From Vermamoeba vermiformis (taxonomy: Eukaryota): 64,000 nt of DNA. This document shows, in pieces, positions 25,401 to 38,044 of this stretch. Positions within the stretch are counted from its first letter, which is position 1. Each line of letters opens with the position of its first letter. The translations under genes were made by a program, and so were the position numbers. The stretch covers positions 62,001-126,000 of the forward strand of contig JBEWZL010000162.1 in the NCBI GenBank assembly GCA_045837725.1, read 5' to 3'. The notes below the pieces were generated by a model, which saw only the letters and a list, made by a program, of their open reading frames with translations, was not told the DNA's origin and did no database searches.

Positions 25401-27529
25401 TTGGAATTTGATCGAGCGTGTCAAGCGAGGTCGTGTGACACTTTTGACCACTCACTCGATGGAAGAAGCTGACATCTTGGGCGACAAAATTGCCATCATG
25501 AAGGACGGTTACATCGCTGCGGTTGGTACCAACTTGCGTCTCAAAAACAAGTTCGGCACTGGTTACTCCGTTACAATTCTTTCTGAAGCCGAGAAGACTC
25601 AAGCTGTCCGAGAATTCGTGGAAAAAGAATTCGCTGAACGAGTCGCTAATGACGCCAACAATAAGAAAGAGTCAATTGTTGACGGTGTGGAAGAAGAACA
25701 GTTCTCATTGATGAGTGAAATGCCTGGTGTTTTGGAGTACAAGATTCCTTCGCGCTATGCGGACACGATGTCTGATTTCTTCGAAAACGTTGAAGGCCGC
25801 AGAAAAGAATTCGGCATTCACGACGTGCAGCTCAGTTTGACTACTTTGGAAGACGTAAGTATAGCCACAAAATGATGATGATATAGGTCTTATTAACCAT
25901 ATCTGCATTAGGTCTTCTTGCGTGTGGCTCATCAAGATGAATTCAAAGAGAAGCCAATTCGCAAGTACAAAACTAACTTCACGACTCAATTCGCTTTGCT
26001 CGGTGTTGCCATGGCTGTCATGTTAGCTGCTGCTATCATCTCTAGCCGGTGTTCTGATGCCAATCCCCATCCCCATTAATCAAGCCGTTGTAAGTATCAA
26101 GCGACATAACCTCATCCCATCGATACTAATGTGCTCTGTTAGGCTCCTGCTCGTGCGGCTGAACCACGAATGTACGTTCCTGCCGGCACTTGGAGTTCGA
26201 CTTTGTATCCTTCTGGAGTCCTCGTTGGAGACGTACTTTACGACTCCGCGGTGATATCGCTACAAACGACAGCGATATCGAACATTGTGGTGCTCGAAGG
26301 CGATGGCGAGGCTGACACGTGGACAGTAGTTCAGACCTTCAATGACACCGTGCCTGTCACCTTCTTTAACTACATTCAGTTGACGATCGCCAATCTCACT
26401 GAAGACACGCCTTACACTGTCGTAGTCTACTCTTCGAACGACACTTCGCTGCACAGTGGCGCCACTCGTTTCAGAACGGCTTTGGATCCTGGTAAGTCAA
26501 TCGACTATTGATGACAAGTAGACACCAAAAACTAATATTTTAATACAGCCCGTGGTGTTGACAATAACCCGCGCAAGATCACTTTTGGAGCTTCATGCTG
26601 CTTGGGTCGTACTAACGCTCCGTTTGACTCGCTCCGATACGCTGCCAATGAGACCTTTGATTTCTTCATGTTGTTGGGTAACATGGCCTACTGTGACAAC
26701 GCTCAAAGCCCGCAACAATTTGCTGCTCGCTGGAACACGACTATGACCACTGAAGGATTCTTAGAGTTGGCCCGTTCGACCAGTTTCATCGCTACTTGGG
26801 ACGACCAAGAAATATTCGAGCAATGGAACTACGTCATTTACGACCCCAAGATCAGCGCTAGCTTTGCCTCCTCAAGTCTTAGCCAGCATTCCTCAACTCG
26901 TCCAGCTCGGCACTCAGACCTTCAGAAACAACATGCCGCAACGCAAGGGCCCGAATGACGGCATCTACAGATCGATTCAGTGGGGTGAAGTCATTGAGAT
27001 CTTCGTGCTTGATGTGCGCACCAATAGAACCAACGTGACAATGATTGCACAAGATCAAATGGACTGGTTGAAGTCAGGCTTGTTAAACAGCAATGCCGTG
27101 TTCAAGATCATCATGACATCGAACGCGTTCAGCAAATTGAACGGAATGCTTGGCAAGTTCACTGCGCCGTTCAGATGGGACGGATATGAAGCACAACAAA
27201 CTGAAGTGCTCGATCACGTGCACAACAATAACATTACTGGTGTGCTGTGGATCGCGGGAGGTCTGCAGTTTGGCATGTTTGCACACTTGGACAAGAACAA
27301 CACGGTCGGATGGAATTACTACGAAGTTGGTGTAGGTCCCTCTGGCTCTCAAATCAATACTTACTTGCGCTTGAATCCGTTCGTGAGCATCGATGCGGAT
27401 CAGATGGAGTTGGTATTTGACACTTGGACTTACACCAAGTTCGAGGCAGATCCAGTCTCACGAAACATGACAATTTCATTTGTCGATGATTCAGGCATAA
27501 CAATCGATTCTAAAGTTATAACGCTGTAA
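22416..27529 (+). CDS. ABCA half transporter, apparently fused via an extra TM helix to a degenerate PhoD-family phosphatase domain
   Basis: The ABCA part has LLLKKNL, GHNGAGKTT, YSGGMKRRL, DEPTTG and TTLEDVF. It is followed by a hydrophobic helix and PhoD-like motifs TRFRTA, FGASC, LLGNMAY, TWDDQE, LDVR and RWDGY. The fusion requires removing one base at ~26041 and one at ~26863. Confidence 0.75.
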
Positions 27530-27742
27530 ATTTAAATATTTATTATGTAATCAAATAAATGTAATTATCAAAGGTTATTCAACGAAGGCAGATTTTTGCC
27601 GACGATTTTTTGCGGTTGTGCTGAACTCCGAATGAGTTGGATATTTGATACCGAATCTAAGCTACTGATAACACGCACCATACGTCTAAATAACCTGGTG
27701 CGCTCATCATAACAACAATTAATTACTTTGGCTTGTGATCGG

Positions 27743-29668
27743 ATGGAAAAGGTTGACAAGGTTGGTAGCAGCGTTATAATTAATTTGCAAATAGTTACTT
27801 AAATTAATATGTACGTTTTGTTTTACTAGGAACACGATTTCTTGTTCGATCTGCCGCCCGAATTAACGGATTTAATATTTTCTTACCTATCCCATTCAAA
27901 ATGGAAATTTTACATGCGAAGAGTTTGCAAAAAATGGTTGAACTGGGTCAATATTACTGATTTTACACTTGGATTGGTATTTGGTCACGAGCTGAACGAG
28001 ATCACAGAGTGGTTTTCAAAATACCAAACTTCATTCGGCTTGAATTTTGCCAAAGCTTCGATACATAATATTGGAACTGATCAATATGCGCCATTAACAG
28101 CATTGTCAAACTTAACTTCATTGATAATTGCGAACAAAAATCAAGCCGTGACGGATGGCAAAGATCCAACTTTTCTTGCAACTATGACAAACTTGGAACA
28201 ACTAGACATTCATATGGTATCCACAGCAACCATAACATCATTAACGAATCTTAAGAAACTAGCAACGGGTGTATTCACTATCAAAGACTATTATGGGGAC
28301 GAACAAATTTTGGACGAAGAGATCAAGCTGAATCTGCCTTTTTTAGAATCTGCAAGCTTTCACGCAATCAATCCGAGGGATCTACCTCCATTAATAAGCG
28401 ATAGTTCTAGATTGACACATTTATCTCTGTATCGATACAAGAATATTCAAAAAACATATTTGGATCAGTTAACAAACTTGAAGACACTCCAGATCAGCGC
28501 ACAAAAAATTTATAGTTTGACCGAGGATTATAAATATTATCACACGATGTTGATCAAACTCGATAGATCATTACCTAGTTTAGAATCATTGACGCTGATT
28601 CAATCGACGAATACAGATCTTACAATTTTAGATACAATGCTCAAATTGACGTACTTAGAAATCAATCCAAATACCTACGTAAAGAATAGCACATTGATGT
28701 ACTTTAAGGATGTAGAGCTATTAACAAATTTGCGAGTACTGAAGTTGCGAGAAGTCGATCACGATCTGGATCTCAGCAGATTAAAGCAGCTTTCATCACT
28801 TCACCTATTTAAACAATTGAAATCCGGATTTGCATTCGATAGAACTTTAGGAAGCGTCAGTATCGATAAATTGAAGGAATTGACGGTGCAAAATTTGGAT
28901 CAGGATCAATCAGTTTCACCAATTTCCAAATTTAGTAATGTGATGAATTTGGATATATCATTCAGTACAACGGGCGTAGCGAAATATATTGTAGATTTAT
29001 CGCCAATAATGACATTAACGAATTTAACGAGGCTTTCAATTCATTGTGGCATCTTCGGGTCTCTTAATATCACCATCAACGGAATTTCTAAATTAGGAAA
29101 TTCTTTACGAACGTTGTCTATCTTCAATCGCACTGGCGAAATATCAGAAGGACTGGAAGAATTGAAGTGTTTGAAGCATTTGAACAGCTTGGAAGTTGTT
29201 AGCCTAGCCAATGACTTGGACATTCGCGGCATAAGTGCACTGGAATCGTTGAAAATTAATGCGAATAATTTCAACTTCAACAAAGAAGACTTGAAATACC
29301 TCACACACCTGTCATTAGAAATGCCGTTACAAAATTGGAGTGATTTAAATCACATGACCTCATTAGAGTCATTTGAACTACGTATAATCCCATTAGAACA
29401 GCCTGAAGCACTGTTAGAATTGACGGCGTTGAAGAATTTGAAAACTGTATTATTACCGAATTCAACGTGGCATGATAATTTAACAAAATTATCGCAATTG
29501 CATACATTTAACTTATGTAAGTCGAGAATATTTAATAGTCGTATTAATACTCACTACTAAACTAATGTTTTAGACGGACTTAATTCGATACCGTATAGCA
29601 CTGACAAGTTGCGCGAGAAAATTCCGTTGTATACGGAGTATAGGAACCCAACACCAGTATTCATGTAA
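27743..29668 (+). CDS. F-box / leucine-rich-repeat protein
   Basis: MEKVDK|EHDFLFDLPPELTDLIFSYL...RRVCKKW (F-box), followed by many LxxLxxL repeats. A short last exon ends in TAA at 29666-29668. Confidence 0.85.
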
Positions 29669-29861
29669 AAAGACAGTAAAATTGTTGAATTTTAATCAAT
29701 CGCCGTTTTTACCCAACGAGGCGCTTCCTGCGAAGAATTTTAAATCAATAGCCTCTTTTACCAAACGAGGCGCTTCATGTAAAAAAAAACAACAGTAAAC
29801 TTGTTGAATTTTAACTCAATAGCCTCTTTTAGCCAACAAGGAGCTTCATGCGAATAATTTT
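29660..29861. repeat. Imperfect tandem repeat: three ~45-bp cores with alternating long and short linkers
   Basis: Core gaattttaa(n)tcaatagcctcttttaccaaacgaggcgcttc(a/c)tg occurs three times. Linkers alternate taaaa..cagtaaa.ttgtt and cgaa. Confidence 0.85.
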
Positions 29862-30027
29862 CTCGACTAATTATTTGTTCATATTGCGACGTCGTTCCTT
29901 CGATCGCCATTCCCCTGCAATGCCAATTAAAGATCGAACTTAATTAAACGCATCAAAAGACAATTTTATTCGAACTGTTGTTTGGTACTAAATCCGCAAG
30001 GAATGACATTTCACTATTTTCGTGACG

Positions 30028-31163
30028 ATGAGCAACAGTATGGCAGAATCAAATAAAAACTTATTGATTATTGGAATTACCGGTCGATTAGGTACGCAAT
30101 ATGCATAATATCCTTGGAGTTGTATCGCTAATGCCTGGTTAAGGATCGTACATGGTTCCTTTGCTGAAGGATAGAAATATTAGAGCAAAATTGTTAGTAA
30201 GAGATATAAGAAGAGCCAAAGAGAAATATCCAGATTTGAACGAAAGTAAGCAAGATCTTGATTTTTGAAAATAATATCTTGCAAATTATTTACACAAGCA
30301 AAAATAATCATTGCCTTGCTCTAACGTCAAGTACTCATGCCTACGACAGCAATATAATTTAATGAATGGCTATTTATTGAATACTAACCTGAATTGCGTC
30401 CAGATTTCGAGTTTGTTAGTGGAGATGTGACAAACAAAGAGAGCCTTCACGCAGCCTTTAAGGACGTTACGCAAGTCATTTGTTTGCAAGGTCCCACGAA
30501 CTATTTATTTCGGCTCTAATAAGTCTTATGACTGCGATTATGTTGGTATCAAAAATATTATTGACGAATTGAAAGACCAAAATACAAAAACGAACAAATT
30601 TGATAAAATAGTCGTTGTATCCTCTATCGGTGTTGAAAACAAATGGTAAGAAGTTGACGGATCAGGCAAAGGCACGAGACTAATGTTCCCAAACCATTTT
30701 TAGGAAGTCTATCTTCCTCAACTTGTCGCTTGGAAACTACGGAAAATGGAAAAAAGCAGGCGAAGATTACATTAAACAGAGCGGCTTAGATTACGTTATC
30801 GTTAGACCAGGTAAAACCCGAATCTAACTTCGGATCTTGTTTCTCATTCTAATCATGCAATTTCTAGGCATGTTAACGAATGAAAGTCATACCGGACATG
30901 TTACTTTAGGCCAAGGTGATACTTTTTGGTGGAAACGAACAACAAGAGGCGATATTGCTTTAACATGTCTTGAAGTACGTTGACCTTAAGTGTTTCAGCA
31001 CTGATAAGTAAAACAAGAACTAATGTTACATTTATATCATTAGGCAATGGCGCAAAAGAATTTCCGCAACGTCACGTTCGAAATGCTCACAGATCCGAAT
31101 CCGCAGTCATCCGTCTTCGATTGGTCTGCGCACTTCGGCAAACTGGTTAAAGATGCAAAATAA
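30028..31163 (+). CDS. NAD(P)-binding Rossmann protein, atypical SDR (NAD_binding_10/NmrA-like); absent from the ORF track
   Basis: Spliced motifs IIGITGRLG, VSGDVT, VVVSSIG, WKKAGEDYIKQSGLDYVIVRPG and RGDIA. One +1 frameshift at ~30510. Confidence 0.85.
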
Positions 31164-31324
31164 GGCACAACTTTCTCCCACGATCGAGTTTATTGTATAT
31201 ACAGGGATCTTATATGAAAAGAAACAAACTTTATAAAACTATTAAATACAAGTGGGTTTTTGTAACGGATCCTCGGTGAGATTGAACGCTACAAATTAAT
31301 ACAAAACGCCAATAAATAAGTATC

Positions 31325-33099
31325 TTACTTCGTTTCGGAACTATTACTGCTATTACTGCTCATTAGCGGGCCTTGATCCGACCCAAGGATCGGATTAGAT
31401 GCGTTACTCAACATTAAACTGTCTCGTCCTGTGAAGTCGCTCGGCTCCTTCAAGCCAATATTGTTCTTGTTGATGTACTTCAGCAAGTTTCTCGCTGACC
31501 AGATCAAGTAGTCGTCGTCAATGACTTCAATACCATCGACGAGCATTTCGAGCAGATCCGTCACTTTGTATTTCATCTCCATCGGCTGATCTGCGTATGA
31601 AATAGTAACTGTGAACTCGCCGGGACCACTGTCAGTAAAAGCAATTCCCAAAGACGCTTGGCTATAAAAACAATTGTTAGCATGAAAGATCTCGCGACAA
31701 GGTCTGAAAACTGATTCAAAGTTCTATTTCTAGTAATATGCATACCTAAACTCTGGTATCTTCGTGTCTATAATTAAGTTTTCTTTAAGTAAGTCTTCAA
31801 ATTTGACTTCGAATTTTTGTCCCGCTCGTTGCGACTTGCGAATTGACTTTCTATTAATAGAATTATATTAATAAGGCTTGCTATATACTCTAAAATTAAA
31901 TGGAGCCATATGGCATATACTATTGAGTGCATTGGTATTATTTTTGTAATTCGTACCTCTTTTGAACGCTGATCGCGTAACGGCGCTTCCAAGTTGGCAA
32001 GAAATTAACCTCTTTAGTCAATGCCTGCATTTCTGGATCTACTTTTCCGAGCACTCTTTCAAGGCGCTCTTTCAAAGATAGCAATGTGTTCTCGCAGAGT
32101 TGTTTCCAGATGCTTTCGTCTCGTTCAGCTCTGAAGATAAAAATGTTAATATAGAGTAATTATGATGAGTAAAAGACGATACTTCGATAATATGTTACTA
32201 AATTTGCTCATAATTCAATTTCTCTATATTTACAGTATTTAAATTGAATTTTTTGGGTTTGCTCTATTAAACTAGAAACAAGAATTGTGTTCATAACAAA
32301 AGAAATTAAATATAATCATAAATATGTGCAGTACTTACAGGTTCCAAGCTTTACAAACAAGACTGCAGTTCAGCAGATCTTGGGAATCCAACATTGAAAA
32401 AATTCGTACGAGAACTTTCTTGGGCAGAACGATCTTCTTAGGCGCATCGAACCTCCATCGACCACTAGCAGTCAAGTCGTAACTGCTATGACCTTTCATC
32501 ATTTGTCTGCGGCGAATTTCTCGAAGCTTGGATACGATCTTGGCTTCTGGTGTTTGAGCGCTTTTGCCGCTTGCAAATTGACCAGCAGTAGCGGTCTTAG
32601 CATGACCGTTAGTTGCCTCATCGGCAGGGAAGTCAACAGTCTTGATTATCAATTTTCTGTGCGACGAGCGCTTTGGGATCTGGATGAGCTTATCGCCGCT
32701 TTTGTCGTCGTGGATGCGGCCATTAGGCACTGCCAAGAACTGGCCTGTGTTTTCCTTTGGTTCGGGTTTAACCTCTCGTCGAGAAATCCGAGGAGATCTG
32801 GCGCCAATAGGCTCGTCGAGTTCGTTTCTTGGTTTGTTCGAGGGAGATGCAGGCGAGATCGTCTTAAATGAGGCAAATTCTCTCTTCTTAACAGGCGTTT
32901 CTTCTTCCTCTAATGATTTCCGCGAGTTCTTAAGTTCTGTAGCTGGCTGTTGTTGTTGAACTTCGATCTTCGCATCGGCTGGTTCATCTGCATCTGGATT
33001 TGCTTCATCCTTCTTCTTCTTGCTCTTCTTAATCGTAAGAGTATCTGTTGATTTGCTCCTAATGTTGAATAGCTTCTTTAGTGACGATAACTTCGACAT
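31325..33099 (-). CDS. F-box protein with an IQGAP/RasGAP_C-like C-terminal domain
   Basis: Disordered basic N-terminus, then F-box LPKKVLVRIFSMLDSQDLLNCSLVCKAWN. C-terminus FEDLLKENLIIDTKIP...IAFTDSGPGEFTV...DLLEM...NLLKYINK. Confidence 0.75.
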
Positions 33100-33706
33100 G
33101 GCTTAAAGTAAGTTGTTGCGGATTTGTTTTGATTGAGTTGAGGGCCTAATACAGCTTGTTACTTTACGGAACAATATACAAGTTTATGCGCAAGGGATTA
33201 TACGCGCTAATTTAGATTATTATTTGAACCTTTTGAGGTGGCGCTGTGGCTTTAAGAAATGAAAATGAAATTGAGGCGAAAAATAGTTTCCTTAATTCTC
33301 ATCTTTTCATAAAAAATCGACGTACATCGAAGAAAATTGCATACATTTTTGTTTTTTCGCTCGCGATGATTGAGCAAAAACTAATAAATTATGAAATTTC
33401 CGCAAAACTACACTACATTTTCGGTGATATTTTTCTGAAAGCATCATTATGAAACGAACATTGCTGTGTAAATTATCATGTTGAACAGTTATTCCGTCAA
33501 TATATTGAATTTAGAATGCTATCTTGCAACTTGCTGGTAATCCGGATGCTAATCCCCAAAAAACTTTCCAGTTGGAAGGTTACAATTTCAAGTCACGTAT
33601 AGCTGCTCCACAACGACGGTAATTTTACGTATTTATCTTATATTAAACTTACCTTTTTCTATATTAGTTAAGGCTTTGAAAATTATCGTTGAACATTGCG
33701 AGTCCA

Positions 33707-34602
33707 TTAATTTGACGAAGAGGCGCTCGAAGGATCGATCTTATCAGCAGGTACCATAACCGTGGCCTTGCCTATTAATTATTTTGTTATTAAATGGTTG
33801 CACAATGGTTCCAAGTTCTGATCCGGTTTGCTGTTTTTAGGAAGTAGTATTTTTGGAAAATGGGTTTGTGTTCGTTTCGACGAAGATATTCTCGATGATA
33901 TAGGAATATACGACAAGTATACCTTCAATAACGAGCTCGCCATGTTGGTTATAGCAATTTGTTTCAAATTCGGCGATCTTCTTTTTCAGCGTGAGCAACG
34001 TGACGCGAGCGGTAACGGTGTCATTAATAAATACAGGCTTCTTGAACTGGAGATCTTGACTATAAGAATCATAATTAAATTAAATTACTAGCTTATTTGT
34101 GGACAAAACTGAAACTTACTTCAGGTAGATAGAGCCGGGACCAGGGAGGTTAGTGCCTGCCACTGCGGAAATCAACGACGCAGATAAAAATCCGTGCACT
34201 ATTTTCTTGCCGAATTTCGTCTTGCTTGCGTATTCAGAGGACAGATGCACGGGATTAGTGTCAAGCGATAGATTCGCGAAGCTTTGGACCTAAGAGAAGC
34301 ACAATAATTATTTAAAAGTATTTACATGAGGTACGACATCATTAATGGCAGCTAGGTGAGATTTAATTGCAATTATTCTGATTCAACTCAAAAAAATCTT
34401 TTTTTGAACTTACATCGTCTTCATTAAATTGTTTTGATATTTGCGCCCAATGACCAACTTTAATATAACCTCCTCTATACTCATTATTAATATCCGGCTT
34501 GGTTGATAAAGCCCGCGCAAATTTGTTGTTGATCGTTTTACGCGATCTGACACTCGTTCTGACGAGATTGTTTAATATTGATGTTTTAACGATAGTGTTC
34601 AT
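33707..34602 (-). CDS. MaoC/PhaJ-like (R)-hydratase (hot-dog fold), probably mitochondrial
   Basis: Motifs FANLSLDTNPVH, FGKKIVHG, LPGPGSIY, FKKPVFINDTV and VIEGKATVMVP. Arg/Ser/Thr-rich presequence-like N-terminus. Confidence 0.88.
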
Positions 34603-34826
34603 TATATTTCTTAAAGTTAAAAGAAAAACAAGCGCGGGTAAGGTCACGCGGACTGCAATTATTCTCCGAGAGATTTTCGCCCAAAATCACTTTTGATAAT
34701 TCCAATTATTTTTTTAACTCAGTGACTTGTCAAAGCCTCAACTGAATAACACTTGTTGCTAGTTGACCAAATATTAGCAAAAGATATATGATTTTTTAGT
34801 TTATTCAGCTATTTTATGCGGCTTGA

Positions 34827-37344
34827 ATGTCCTGGAGCAATATCGGCAATCCGAGCCAGGATCCAGTCACAACGAATTTTCCTAATTCAGTAGGCCTTCA
34901 AACAACACACAGCACATTTAACCTACCACCGATACAAATCCCAGCAACTCCAACGACACCAGCTCTTCCGTCAATCCCAACAATTCCGTCATTTGAACAA
35001 ATACTCGCCTCAACACTTCAACATAATAATTTACAGCACAATAATTTTTTGCCGTCATTTTCAACATTAATACCGCAATTACCGCCCCAAGCGATGAATC
35101 CCTACGATTCGAGATCGTACCCCAGCAGCACTGCTACTGCTTGGGCGAGACCCTATGGCATTGCGTATACGCCAGCACCACAAAGGACCACTACTCAAAC
35201 GTCTCCGAGCAACAGCAGCAGTTCGCAATATTATTCCGTCATTCCTGCAAAGCGCGTGCATCCCGAAACTAACAGAAGTGACCGACACTCGAGCGATGAT
35301 CGATATTCGAATGGAGATTATAGCTCTCGACACTCTTCATCACGAGGAAGTTCTTCAAGTGACAGAAATCACTATGACTCGTCAAAAAGACATCGATCTG
35401 GATCTGAGAGATCAAGCACCTCGTCATTGCGACCTTCATCTTCAAATTATTCCTCGAGTAGCTCTCATAGCAGCCGACGGAGCGATTATGGTCATTCAAG
35501 CAGTAGCAGTCGTACTTCAAGCTCATATGGTTCACACGGGTCGTCGAGATCTTCATCCAGTCAATCACGTAATTCCAATGTTATTCCGCCATTACCTCCA
35601 GTACCACCAGCAGTCAAGTCTCAAGGTGTTCTTAGCAATGTCAATGGTAGAGTGACTATCGATAGATTCCAAGAATATGCACGATTAGTAGGATCTTATC
35701 CATACGTGCGCGATCTACTTCACGATGTCCCATCGCAATTTGAATTATCGAGTAAGTAATGCATATAAGAATAATATGTATTATATGATTAATTAATATG
35801 TGGTCGTTAATATTTTAAATTGATTTTCTGATTTTTAACAATATTTTCTTGGTAGACGAGCCAGCTTATCAGGCAATTTTCGAACTTTCACCGCCGAGTG
35901 GATTCCAAAGGTGTGTAACTCAATAATGGATTTATTCATATTGCAATCAACTGACCGCTTTAATTAAGGCTTCTCGTAAAGCGAGTTTCGATAGATCTAC
36001 CAGAAGAGGTTTACAGCAAAATTAAAAGCAATCATCAGCTGCGCATTCACATGCGAACTTTTGTATTGAAAAGCGATACAACAGAACATTCATGGCCGCA
36101 ATGTAAGTGTCACTCTTTTCAAACATAATGCGCGGATCTAGTGGACTAGAGGCTAATTTTTCTATTAATAGCAACGCAACTCATGGTCAATAATAATGTA
36201 ATCACTATTGTCTCGAAGGCTAATGACAAAAAGCTGCAAGATCTCCCCGCAGATATTACACCGTATTGCAGACCAGGTCTCAACTTTATCGACTTCACTT
36301 CGTATCCGCAAGAGGTATGAATTTATTTGCAAATGCTTTAATCGTGCGAATTCGATTCTAATTACAAGTTTTATATAGCACCATGTAGCAGCTGTTCAAG
36401 TAGTTCGGTTAATTCCAGCGGAAGAGTTGTTTAATAAGAAGAAAGAAGACGTTCAGAGCTACGACGCAATGTTTCAAAAAGTTTTGGATTTCTTTCACGC
36501 AGGAGACTCAGAGATCGCAGCGACAAAGACTAAAGTCTCCTTGATCGATTCATTAAGTCTGCAAAAGATCCAGTATCCAGCACGTGCCTCGACTTGCCTG
36601 CCACACTTACAATGTTTTGACCTTTACTCGTACATTATGGCGAACTACAAGATGGGCAAGTGGCAATGTCCCGTGTGCTCGAAGAAAGCTGTCTACAAGA
36701 ACTTGTTCGTGGATTCCTACACGCAACGAATTTTGACCGAACTAGCGGAACAACAGAAGTTGAGTAACACCCGGGAAGTTGAAATTCATCCTGATGGCAC
36801 GTGGAATCGAGTGGACGAAGACCAGAAAAAGCGATTTGAAAGTGTCAAACTCGATGATTTCAAGAGTTCTGACGCGCACTCGTCACCTTCGAAGTCATCC
36901 GGAGCGAAGAAAAATAACGTGATTCAAGTGATCAATTTGGACAGTGATGACGAAGACGAGGACAATAGTTACAGCGCACCGGTGCAGTCAAACGCGAATA
37001 ATAACATTACTGCGCCTGTTATCAAAGACGAGTTTAGCAACGGATCTGCCAACCAGTCTAATTACAACAACGCGCTTGATGATATTGCTTCAGTAGCCAC
37101 TCAGGAGCTAAGGCCTATTATGCAAGAGCCGTCGTATAATAATGAAGATGTGCATAATAGCAGTGGAGATTTTGCGATAGATCTGAACGCACCGGATCTC
37201 GATTATTTTGATTTTGGCGTTGATCAAGCGTCCTCATATCAAAATAATAATACGTTAAATACTAGTCATTATGTAAATACTTCTCCTACGCCAAGTAGGA
37301 CCGGGGCCAATCACGAACCGATAATAATTCTTGACGACGATTAA
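34827..37344 (+). CDS. Siz/PIAS-type SUMO E3 ligase (SP-RING/zf-MIZ)
   Basis: PARASTCLPHLQCFD...WQCPVC. SIM-like VINLDSDDEDE and terminal IIILDDD. Low-complexity Ser/Arg N-terminus. Confidence 0.88.
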
Positions 37345-37499
37345 CTTATTGAAACAACGATCCTGTAAATAGGAATAATGTAAATATACGTGTACTATAC
37401 AATTAAACATGAAAAATATTGTGGCTCATGATTGAATCCAACTTGCAATTGAGTCGATGAATGACACTCGGAAGTCTCCGTATTTATTAAAACAAATAT

Positions 37500-37908
37500 T
37501 TAATGCTTGGGTTCAGAAGTAAAGATGATAATAAAAAGGATTATAAAAAAGATTGCAACGCCGGCACTTCCCAAAGCTTTCTTTTTAAAGTATTTTTTGG
37601 ATGCGCATTCATCGCACACTCTTGTTTTATTAAGAGTTTGCGCCTCCAATTTTCCTTTGGGCGCCATAAAGAGTGGCTCGGCAACATGGCTTCTTGCAGA
37701 TGGAGCATTATTTTTGTCAGTAAGTGCATTGAGGACTAGAGCACTCTTTGGTCCCGAAGCTCTTCAGCAGGAGCATGCGGGCTAAAGAAAAAGACGGCGA
37801 GATTCCAAACTGCTTGATGACTTGAGTATGAGTCGTGCAACAGGACTGTCTGCAAACAGAGCAGACATGATACCCGTTAGAATTGCGACACACGCGGCAC
37901 CTTCCCAT
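37500..37908 (-). pseudogene. Cys-rich zinc-finger plus C-terminal TM gene; either disrupted or spliced into a shorter form
   Basis: MGRCRVC...CSVCRQSCCTTH, then CTY*QK*CSICKKPCC in the same frame, then after a frame change VCDECA...AGVAIFFIILFIIIF. Confidence 0.45.
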
Positions 37909-38044
37909 GTTGGCTTCTATTAGGATAGTGTGATAATTGAATTGAATTGAAAATTTTTCGTTTAAGAATTAGACGATTGAGTAAAGTTATAAAGCAAGAA
38001 TTGTGAATAAAGTCGGCATTAATCCGATTGGCTGATGAATTTAC

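Noticed and set aside
29660-29861. Possible CRISPR array
   Set aside because: The linkers repeat and are not unique spacers, the repeats are imperfect, there are no cas genes, and the context is eukaryotic.
33449-33720. Plus-strand fragment with a faint ankyrin-like look (IAA...DVKALKIIVEH)
   Set aside because: It cannot be spliced into an open frame without stops or shifts, and the similarity is too weak. At most it is a relic.
32488-35655. Antisense and alternative-frame ORFs over low-complexity exons (e.g. 32488-32959, 35079-35655)
   Set aside because: These are shadow ORFs of real exons with no independent support.
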